A stretch of 64,000 nt of DNA from Candidatus Collierbacteria bacterium (GTDB lineage Bacteria > Patescibacteriota > Microgenomatia > UBA1400 > MFAQ01), in assembly GCA_903884375.1 (NCBI GenBank), contig CAISER010000035.1, positions 36 to 64,035 of the forward strand. Reading direction: 5' to 3'. Made by a program: the position numbers and the translations under genes. Below, piece by piece: positions 9,498 to 19,205 of the stretch. The stretch's first letter is position 1. The number at the start of each line of letters is the position of its first letter. Below the pieces are notes generated by a model that saw nothing but the letters and a program-made list of their open reading frames with translations, was not told the origin of the DNA and searched no databases.

Positions 9498-10132
9498 AAT
9501 TGATAAGTAAACGAATTGTTTTTAATTGCCAAACAATGTTTATTTTATTGTTTGTTGTGTTTAGCTTGATAGCTTCCTCCAATCCGTATTTCAAAATTGA
9601 CTTAATCATATCTAGATTAATTCAAAATATTAACTCAAGCGTATTTAGCGATGTAATGTGGTTTGTCTCTTCAATCGGGAATCAACCATACATGATAATT
9701 ATTGTTGGCCTAATTAGTTTTATTTATTATGTTAATAAATTTAAAAAAGAAGCCGTAATCAGCTCACTAATAGCGGCAGGCAGTGCCTTGTCGGGTTCGT
9801 TGATAAAGGTAATTATTGGTCGTCCAAGACCGGAAGCGAATTTGATAAACGTTTCAGTATGGTTATCAGATAAAAGTTTTCCCAGTAATCACGTTGCGGT
9901 ATTTACCTCATTTTTTGGATTTATTCTGTATTTGGTATTATTAAAGACAAAATATATCGCTAAAAAGAGCCTTCTATCAGTTTTTTTGATTATATTAATA
10001 ATGGCCATGGGTATTTCCAGAATTTATCTTGGTGCCCATTGGGCAAGTGATGTGTTGGGAGGATATTTACTGGGAATTCTTTGGTTGATGTTGGCAATTA
10101 AGCTTTATAATTCCACTAATGGCAAAAGATAA
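9494..10132 (+). CDS. PAP2-family phosphatase (candidate undecaprenyl-diphosphate or lipid phosphatase).
   Basis: Three classical PAP2 motifs are present: KVIIGRPRP, PSNH and SRIYLGAHWASDVLGG. Several TM helices. Confidence 0.8.
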   Translation: MKLISKRIVFNCQTMFILLFVVFSLIASSNPYFKIDLIISRLIQNINSSVFSDVMWFVSSIGNQPYMIIIVGLISFIYYVNKFKKEAVISSLIAAGSALSGSLIKVIIGRPRPEANLINVSVWLSDKSFPSNHVAVFTSFFGFILYLVLLKTKYIAKKSLLSVFLIILIMAMGISRIYLGAHWASDVLGGYLLGILWLMLAIKLYNSTNGKR

Positions 10133-10991
10133 ATATACCGCCATATGGATTTCTCACACTTCAATAAGTGATTATTTAAAGTGCCCAAGGGCGTATTACT
10201 TAAAAAACGTATATAAAGATTCCTCAACCGGACACAAGATTCAAATAATGACACCTTCTCTCGCACTTGGTCAGGCTGTCCATGAAGTGATCGAGTCTTT
10301 ATCAAATTTACCCACAAAGACAAGGATGGAAGAATCATTGGTCCTAAAATATGACAAAATTTGGGAAAAATTCTCTGGGAAAAAAGGAGGATTTATCAAT
10401 TTAGAAGAAGAACATAAATTTAAAGAAAGAGGAAAAATCATGCTAAGAAGGATAATGGACACCCCCGGACCAATAGCTAAATTGGCTGTTAAAATTCAGC
10501 AAGAACTTCCCCATTACTGGATATCGGAAGATGAAAATATAGTCTTATGTGGAAAAGTAGATTGGCTTGAATATGATCAAGAATCAGACTCGGTTCACAT
10601 CATAGATTTTAAAACAGGTAAAAAGAAGGAAGATGATGACTCTCTTCAATTGCCGATATATCATCTTCTTGTCCATCATTGTCAAAAAAGACCTGTTACC
10701 AAAGCCAGTTATTGGTACCTGGAAACAGATAATAATTTGACTGAGAAAAAATTACCTGATTTAAAAGAAGCTCATCTTAAAATTATTGAAATAGGTAGAA
10801 GAATAAAATTAGCCAGAAAATTAGAAAAATTTGATTGCCCTGAAGGACGGGAAGGTTGTATTCATTGTCTTTCAATGGAAAAAATTATCAAAGGAGAAGG
10901 GATATTCGTTGACTCAAACTCTCAACGAGACGTCTACATACTTCCTCATACGGAAGCAGAAACAGAAGTGTTAGACAGCATCATTCTTTAA
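10119..10991 (+). CDS. Cas4-like PD-(D/E)XK nuclease with a Cys cluster (1 N-terminal + 3 C-terminal Cys).
   Basis: N-terminal KCPRAYYLK. RecB-type motifs (VHIIDFKTGKK, QLPIYHLL). C-terminal CPEGREGCIHC gives the Fe-S ligand pattern of Cas4/AddB nuclease domains. Confidence 0.6.
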   Translation: MAKDKYTAIWISHTSISDYLKCPRAYYLKNVYKDSSTGHKIQIMTPSLALGQAVHEVIESLSNLPTKTRMEESLVLKYDKIWEKFSGKKGGFINLEEEHKFKERGKIMLRRIMDTPGPIAKLAVKIQQELPHYWISEDENIVLCGKVDWLEYDQESDSVHIIDFKTGKKKEDDDSLQLPIYHLLVHHCQKRPVTKASYWYLETDNNLTEKKLPDLKEAHLKIIEIGRRIKLARKLEKFDCPEGREGCIHCLSMEKIIKGEGIFVDSNSQRDVYILPHTEAETEVLDSIIL

Positions 10992-11009
10992 ATTTGCTAA
11001 AATTGCTTT

Positions 11010-11147
11010 ATGACAGATAAGAAATATTGGAAAAAAATATTGATATTAATCATTATTTGTTGTTTTATTGGAGGATTAGGTTTTGTTGTATGGCATGTTC
11101 CATTTGTAAAAGAGTGGATATTAAACTTGCCGTTTGAATTCAATTAA
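11010..11147 (+). CDS. Possible small (45 aa) single-TM protein; below the ORF-track length cutoff.
   Basis: ATG at 11010, hydrophobic core ILILIIICCFIGGLGFVVW, stop at 11145-11147. It overlaps the stop of the convergent gene by 4 nt. No homology evidence. Confidence 0.2.
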   Translation: MTDKKYWKKILILIIICCFIGGLGFVVWHVPFVKEWILNLPFEFN

Positions 11148-12070
11148 TAAGCTGCGATTGCCACCCCAAAAGTGTTTTGAGCATAAACACAGCCAAATAC
11201 ATACTCTCCACCTGCCAACAATGATCTATGACCCAAAGTGTTCTCCCATGCTTTTATTGCCTCTGAAGGTGTCGCGTAACCTTGAATAAGATACTCGCTG
11301 ATATTATATTTTTCGGAAATCCATTTTAGATCATCTCTTTTTAAAACAGGAACAAAACCAGCATGTCCATCAAGTTTGCCCAATTCAAGTAATTGATTCA
11401 ACCTAATCGAGGCAATGGTACACAACTCATCGGCTTGTTTTAAAGGGTTAACTCCCATCTCAACTCTTCTTTTATTAATTGACTCCCATAGTTCTATACC
11501 TCCCCATGACGCTATGGGTTTTATAATCCTTTTTGTTATTTTTTGTGGTGAAGCCAAAATTACATAAACATCAACCCTGTCTTCACTATTTTTGACAGCA
11601 ATGCCAATATCTTTAAAGTCAGAATGTTTCAAAGTACCAGCCGAAGTCGTATTATTGTTCCAAAAAGCTATTGGGTCATTGCTTTTAAAAAAGCTCATTA
11701 AAAACAATTCGCCGACAAGATTTGCTTCATAATTAGCATTTTTCAGAACATTTTCTCTCGTAATCCCAGTAATTGAACCATCGAAGTCTTTATCGGATAA
11801 AATAACAGACAATCTTGCTCTTGCTGATTGGTTTAATTTAGGATTATTGATTAATTTTGAGTATCCTTCCGTCTCTCGTTCTGAATTAATTTTTGAAAGA
11901 ATGCTTTCCACTGTCCAATCAGGAAGAAAGTTGATATTTTCATCACGCTGGATATAAATACGCTGTTTGGGTAAATCGGTTAGAAAATTTACAATATTTT
12001 TATTCCTAATAACAAAATATCCGAAAAAAAATAATAATGCAATTAATGTAATCAAGAAATATTTATTCAC
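11144..12070 (-). CDS. Membrane-anchored CAP/SCP (YkwD-like) domain protein.
   Basis: N-terminal TM segment. C-terminal WENTLGHRSLLAGGEYVFGCVYA resembles the W..S.GHR.N.L...G motif of YkwD/CAP domains. Confidence 0.5.
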   Translation of the reverse strand: MNKYFLITLIALLFFFGYFVIRNKNIVNFLTDLPKQRIYIQRDENINFLPDWTVESILSKINSERETEGYSKLINNPKLNQSARARLSVILSDKDFDGSITGITRENVLKNANYEANLVGELFLMSFFKSNDPIAFWNNNTTSAGTLKHSDFKDIGIAVKNSEDRVDVYVILASPQKITKRIIKPIASWGGIELWESINKRRVEMGVNPLKQADELCTIASIRLNQLLELGKLDGHAGFVPVLKRDDLKWISEKYNISEYLIQGYATPSEAIKAWENTLGHRSLLAGGEYVFGCVYAQNTFGVAIAAY

Positions 12071-12140
12071 TATTTTAAGTATATAAGAGAATTAAGTAAC
12101 TTTAAATTATATTCATAGAAACACCTTGATATAATTACTT

Positions 12141-12446
12141 ATGAACATAATATTCAATCCACAAAAAATGACGATCAGCGATCGTTTAAGGAAGAGGATT
12201 GAAACAAAGTTCGAATCAGGCTTGGGCAAATATTTGAAACATTATCAAGAGGATTTAAAAGTAGCTTCTCTTTCAGTAGAGAAAGTGTCACGTTCTGGAT
12301 ATGAAATAAAATTCGACATGAACTTACCTGGATGCCCAATCAATATCAAAGATACACACAAGGTATTGTTGGATGGCATTATAAGAGTAAGAGATAAAGC
12401 CCAAAGGCAGGTACAAAAATATTTGGAAAAACTCAGAAGATATTAA
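12141..12446 (+). CDS. hpf: Ribosome hibernation promoting factor / RaiA family (short form).
   Basis: About 100 aa. MNIIFNPQKMTISDRLRKRIETKF...VEKV pattern typical of HPF/YfiA. Confidence 0.8.
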   Translation: MNIIFNPQKMTISDRLRKRIETKFESGLGKYLKHYQEDLKVASLSVEKVSRSGYEIKFDMNLPGCPINIKDTHKVLLDGIIRVRDKAQRQVQKYLEKLRRY

Positions 12447-12649
12447 TCAGTTTTCAACTTAATTGCCTGCATTGGGCATGATTCTATAGCAATTTTAACG
12501 TTTGCTACCACTACTTGATCTGAAAAATCTGCGTTTGGATTCTGAGCAGCCTTTCCGTCTTTTCCGTATCGAGTGCTAATAGCTCCTTCGGTAATATCTT
12601 CACACATATTACATCCGATGCATTTATTCTGGTCGATAATAATTTTCAT
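12443..12649 (-). CDS. Small [4Fe-4S]/[3Fe-4S] ferredoxin.
   Basis: CIGCNMCEDI and a distal CP motif (ESCPMQAI). Confidence 0.8.
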   Translation of the reverse strand: MKIIIDQNKCIGCNMCEDITEGAISTRYGKDGKAAQNPNADFSDQVVVANVKIAIESCPMQAIKLKTD

Positions 12650-12688
12650 AAATCAAATTGTAACCTGAACTGAGGATATAATCAAAAC

Positions 12689-13789
12689 ATGGAAAATATA
12701 ATTAAATGTCCAAAATGTGGTGAGGTAATTGAAATAACTGAAGCTTTAAGTCAATCAATCAAAATTGATCTCGAAAAAGAACTATCAGAAAAAATTAAAC
12801 AAAAATATACTGAGGAAGTAAAAACAAAAACACATCTTCTTGAAGAAGAATTAAAACTCAAAAACCAAAAATTGGAAGAATCAAGAGAGGCAGAGCTCAG
12901 AATAAGGCAAGAAAAACTAAAACTAGAAGACGATAAAAAATCTTTTGAGCTTGAAAAGCAACGCCAACTCGATGAAGAAAGAAATAAAATTCGTAAGCAA
13001 ACTTTGCTTGAAGCAAATGATTCACACCGGCTCGAAGATAAAGCCAAAGATAAAAGAATCAATGATTTGCTAAATGCGTTAGACGAGGCAAAAAGAAAAG
13101 GTGGCCAAGGATCACAACAGTTACAAGGAGAGGTATTGGAGCTTGATTTGGAGGAATATTTAAAATCAACATTTTCTCAGGATGACATAAATCCGGTTGG
13201 GAAAGGAGTGCGCGGAGCAGATATTAGTCAAACTGTCAGGACTAGCCTTGGAACGGTTTGTGGCATCATCCTTTGGGAATCAAAGCGAACAAAAGACTGG
13301 AAAGATGAATGGACAACGAAACTTAAAGATGATTTACGAGCCTCAAAAGCCAATATACCGGTGATTGTAACTCAAGTTCTTCCAAAAGCTCTTAAATCTG
13401 GTTTTGGCTATTATGAAGGAGTCTGGGTAACTGATCCAAAATACCTTCAACCATTAGCTGAAATACTTCGAAAAAATATAATTGATGTTGCAAGAGAAAA
13501 ACACAACAGTAAAGATCGGGGGACAAAAGCCGATATTGTTTATCGCTATCTTACCAGTGATGCCTTTGTCCAACAAATTCAAAGCATTATTGAAGTTCAT
13601 CAAAATATGCAAGTTCAGATTCAAAAAGAAAGGGCAGCTTATGAAAAACTATGGAAAGAACGAGAAGCACAAGCAGAAAGAATTCTCATAAGTACGGCTG
13701 GAATTTATGGAAGTATTCAAGGAATCGCCGGTCAGTCATTACCTACAGTTAAAGGCCTTGATCTGTTGGAAGCGTCTGAGTTATCTTGA
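12689..13789 (+). CDS. Zinc-ribbon + long coiled coil + C-terminal DUF2130-like domain with a predicted PD-(D/E)XK nuclease core.
   Basis: N-terminal CPKCGEV. About 130 aa of E/K-rich heptad-like sequence. C-terminal GADISQ...IILWESKRTKDW fits the D...E.K pattern. Overall resemblance to DUF2130 proteins is from memory and not verified. Confidence 0.45.
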   Translation: MENIIKCPKCGEVIEITEALSQSIKIDLEKELSEKIKQKYTEEVKTKTHLLEEELKLKNQKLEESREAELRIRQEKLKLEDDKKSFELEKQRQLDEERNKIRKQTLLEANDSHRLEDKAKDKRINDLLNALDEAKRKGGQGSQQLQGEVLELDLEEYLKSTFSQDDINPVGKGVRGADISQTVRTSLGTVCGIILWESKRTKDWKDEWTTKLKDDLRASKANIPVIVTQVLPKALKSGFGYYEGVWVTDPKYLQPLAEILRKNIIDVAREKHNSKDRGTKADIVYRYLTSDAFVQQIQSIIEVHQNMQVQIQKERAAYEKLWKEREAQAERILISTAGIYGSIQGIAGQSLPTVKGLDLLEASELS

Positions 13790-14260
13790 TAGTTTTTGAA
13801 AAACGCCAAATTGTAAAAATAAAAAGGTTTTGCTAACAAACGGTTTAAAAAAAGGAATGTCTTTTAAGTAAATTAAATATTTATGTGGAGTTTCTCCTCT
13901 ACTTTGGAAAATGCCTATTTTTTCCATCAATAAACAGAACCAATCAAGATGGGGAGTAGGAGTAGTCAGAATTAATAAACCTTTTGGCTTTAACATATTC
14001 TTGATTTCCTTAAAACAATTAACATGTTCAACCATTTCAATAGCCACAACAGCATCATAATAATTCTTTTCGAATTTATAATTAACTACATTACCAATAA
14101 TGTCAGCTGGCTCAGATAAAGAAAAACCAACCACTTTATAACCTTTTTTCCTCAAAAAATTGGTAAACCACATATTTCCACAACCTAAGTCTAAAATTCT
14201 CATGCCTTTATTCAAATAAGGCATTATCATCTTAATTTTAATTGCTTGGGCAAACGTCAT
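13781..14260 (-). CDS. Class I SAM-dependent methyltransferase (small).
   Basis: Motif I ILDLGCGNMW, post-I acidic/hydrophobic strand and a PKGLLIL motif. Confidence 0.75.
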   Translation of the reverse strand: MTFAQAIKIKMIMPYLNKGMRILDLGCGNMWFTNFLRKKGYKVVGFSLSEPADIIGNVVNYKFEKNYYDAVVAIEMVEHVNCFKEIKNMLKPKGLLILTTPTPHLDWFCLLMEKIGIFQSRGETPHKYLIYLKDIPFFKPFVSKTFLFLQFGVFQKLSR

Positions 14261-14274
14261 GTGGCTATTATAAG

Positions 14275-14538
14275 TTAGAAAGAGGATTTCTTATTTCGAA
14301 GCAAAAGCGGATAAAAATACATTAATGTACCCGTAATCGACATCACTATTAGAAAAATACTAAAAAGTGGACTCACAATGTTGTGAATAGACCTCAAAAA
14401 TAATAAATCGAAAGGAATTTTATTTACCATCCTGGGATATTTTAAAAATACTCCTGTAAACGTCATCATCAGTGTTGATATAGTAGTAACGATAACGAGC
14501 AATCTGTGTACTAATCTCGAAAAACTGTAGATATTCAT
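14275..14538 (-). CDS. Small hypothetical membrane protein (2-3 TM).
   Basis: Hydrophobic segments only. No motif recognised. Confidence 0.35.
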   Translation of the reverse strand: MNIYSFSRLVHRLLVIVTTISTLMMTFTGVFLKYPRMVNKIPFDLLFLRSIHNIVSPLFSIFLIVMSITGTLMYFYPLLLRNKKSSF

Positions 14539-14542
14539 TTAT

Positions 14543-14938
14543 TTATTTTCTTAATGTACCAATAAGTAATAAGGCAAGATCAGAATTGGCTCTTGGTCCA
14601 TGTTTCTTTACAAAATTATATGCAGTAGTAGCGTCCTTCCCGCAATATTGAGCCATTATTTGAGGTCCTCCAGAATGTATTGAAAGATAATTTGTAACGT
14701 TATAAACATTATTATTTATTACATACCAACAATCATTATTTGTATTGTGTTTTGCAACGTCAGAAAGTGAGAAAGAACTATTTGATTGTTTTGAAATAGA
14801 AGTCGAAAATTGAACATTAGGTGATGTTTTATCGTTGGTATCTTTATTGTGACTGTTATTTATATAAACAAAGACAACGCTAACAACAAATAAAACTGTC
14901 AACATTACTCCAAATTTAATTTCCCACGTATCTTTCAT
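14543..14938 (-). CDS. Membrane-anchored cytochrome b5-like heme-binding domain protein.
   Basis: N-terminal TM segment. VYNVTNYLSIHSGGPQIMAQYCGKDATTAYNF matches the b5 motif (V.DVT.F...HPGG......aG.DaT..F). Confidence 0.55.
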   Translation of the reverse strand: MKDTWEIKFGVMLTVLFVVSVVFVYINNSHNKDTNDKTSPNVQFSTSISKQSNSSFSLSDVAKHNTNNDCWYVINNNVYNVTNYLSIHSGGPQIMAQYCGKDATTAYNFVKKHGPRANSDLALLLIGTLRK

Positions 14939-14985
14939 AAAAATAATTTTACCTTATTCGATAAACCGTGTTAGCATAACCTTAC

Positions 14986-15759
14986 ATGAATTATCGAAAA
15001 ACCAGAAATATTTTCGACCCCGGCTCACCAGAACCATTTAAACTTAGTCGTTCAAAAATTGAACTATTTACCACTTGTCCTAGATGTTTTTACATGGATG
15101 TTCGTTTAGGAATATCAAGACCTTCAACTCCTCCGTATACTTTGAACTCAGCAGTGGACAATTTATTAAAAAATGAGTTTGATTTATTGCGGAAAAACGG
15201 AGAAGCTCATGAATTGATGAAAAAATATGACATTGATGCAATTCCTTTTCGCCACAAAGATCTTCCTTTGTGGCGTGGCGAAGTAAAAGCATTTGAAGGA
15301 GCCATGGTTGTAGATGAAAAATCAAATATCATGGTGAATGGTCTTGTTGATGACATATGGGTAAACCCCAAGGGAGAAATAATCATTGTAGATTACAAAT
15401 CCACCAGTTCTGTAAAAGAAGTGTCTCTCGAGGACGAGTGGAAAAAAGCTTACAAACGTCAGATGGAGATTTATCAATGGATATTTAGAAAACTTGGCTT
15501 TTCTGTTTCAGACACCGGTTATTTTGTTTATGCCAATGCCAAAAAGAATCTGCCAAAATTTGATGGCAAACTTGAGTTTGAAATGACCATTCTAACTCAT
15601 AAGGGAAACGATTCGTGGGTAGGGGAAACACTTGTGGATATGAGAAAAACTCTTGTTGGTAACAATATTCCTGCTGCAGACAATAGTTGCGAATACTGTG
15701 CATATCGAAAATCATCAGTAGATACGGTTTCTAAGTGGAAAAACGATCATAAAGGGTAA
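14986..15759 (+). CDS. Cas4-like PD-(D/E)XK nuclease with CxxC...CxxC cluster (paralog of 10119-10991).
   Basis: N-terminal TCPRCFY. Motifs IIIVDYKSTSS and RQMEIYQWIF (QxxxY). C-terminal CEYCAY. Confidence 0.6.
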   Translation: MNYRKTRNIFDPGSPEPFKLSRSKIELFTTCPRCFYMDVRLGISRPSTPPYTLNSAVDNLLKNEFDLLRKNGEAHELMKKYDIDAIPFRHKDLPLWRGEVKAFEGAMVVDEKSNIMVNGLVDDIWVNPKGEIIIVDYKSTSSVKEVSLEDEWKKAYKRQMEIYQWIFRKLGFSVSDTGYFVYANAKKNLPKFDGKLEFEMTILTHKGNDSWVGETLVDMRKTLVGNNIPAADNSCEYCAYRKSSVDTVSKWKNDHKG

Positions 15760-15768
15760 AATATACCG

Positions 15769-18019
<2,251 letters not shown>

Positions 18020-18099
18020 GATACTTGTATTGTACCCGAAAAGATCCTAACTCAGGAACAAAGTGTTAAAATACAACACACTTTAACAACTGGAGGAAT

Positions 18100-18399
18100 G
18101 TGATGATGGTGAAGACAAAAAAACGTACAGCAACAGAAATAACTTGTGTAATAACCGAAAATCAATTATCTGATTTATTAATACACCTTATCCCAATTGA
18201 AATTGCAACTCCCTATCGTAAAAAAATAATCATATCTAGCCCAATGAAAGATGAGTTTGGTACTAAATTCGATAATTGTGCTACTCACATAATAAGCGCT
18301 AATGTCCTATTCAGGGGGAAAAGCACCTATGTAGAAAAGATTGTTATTGAACCCACCAAAGGAGATAAATATTATTGTGTTCTCAGGCTAAACAGTTGA
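18100..18399 (+). CDS. Hypothetical protein (99 aa).
   Basis: GGAGG RBS 8 nt upstream. No recognisable motif. Confidence 0.4.
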   Translation: MMMVKTKKRTATEITCVITENQLSDLLIHLIPIEIATPYRKKIIISSPMKDEFGTKFDNCATHIISANVLFRGKSTYVEKIVIEPTKGDKYYCVLRLNS

Positions 18400-18487
18400 A
18401 ATATCTATCTATCAAATATTTTGATTCCTTTACCGTCCCACTTTCTGGGGCGGTTTTTTGTACTCAATCTTCCTATGGTAGATGTAC

Positions 18488-19156
18488 CTATTTTTGTAGC
18501 TGGGGAATCGTAATCTTCGTATTAGCAAAAATCATATCTGGATTGGGGAAAAGTGCTTTGTTTGCCCAGTAGATTTTTGGCCATTGATAGCCATCTCCAT
18601 AAGCGCGAACGGCAATATTCCAGTATGAATCGCCTTTTTGAGTAGTATATTCGCCTATCGAAATAGGCTCTGTTGATTTCACTGTAGTCGTAACTATCGT
18701 TTCGGATTTTTCGACAACAGTAATCTTTTTAGCTTCAACTTTGGGGATTTTTAGCTCTTGTCCTGCCAAGATAACACCATCTCCTTTTATCTTATTTTCT
18801 TTCATGATATCTACATAGTTATATCCAGAACGATAAAATTTTTCGGCAATATGCCAAAGATCATCACCCTTAATTACTTTATAAGTTGCAATAATTTTGT
18901 CATTTTGTGTGTCTGAAATAACTGAGTTAGCCGCCTCTTGATCAGTAAGAAGTATTCCTTGCCAGGATTTAAGATTTGATGTACGGAAATAATTAAAAAT
19001 TAAACCGGCAATTACAACAACAACTATTCCACCCATTACGGTGCTTATAGTGTTCTCGTTCAGTTTGAAAAACTTTAGGATATTTTTAATTCTTTTTGAT
19101 GCATTCTGTCCTTTGCTCATATATTTACATCTTATAGAATCTTTATTTGTTGTCAA
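18488..19156 (-). CDS. Membrane-anchored protein with two LysM peptidoglycan-binding domains.
   Basis: N-terminal TM segment. Two LysM-like repeats (KGDDLWHIAEKFY...ELKIP and QKGDSYWNIAVRAYG...KITIP). Confidence 0.75.
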   Translation of the reverse strand: MTTNKDSIRCKYMSKGQNASKRIKNILKFFKLNENTISTVMGGIVVVVIAGLIFNYFRTSNLKSWQGILLTDQEAANSVISDTQNDKIIATYKVIKGDDLWHIAEKFYRSGYNYVDIMKENKIKGDGVILAGQELKIPKVEAKKITVVEKSETIVTTTVKSTEPISIGEYTTQKGDSYWNIAVRAYGDGYQWPKIYWANKALFPNPDMIFANTKITIPQLQK

Positions 19157-19205
19157 TAGTATGTTTAGGTTGTCATTGTCATAAATATTTGCTTAAATCA
19201 ACTTA

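Noticed and set aside
12751-13062. Ser-rich 103-aa antisense ORF opposite the coiled-coil region of 12689-13789.
   Set aside because: It is a low-complexity artefact of reading GAA/AAG-rich coding sequence on the opposite strand.
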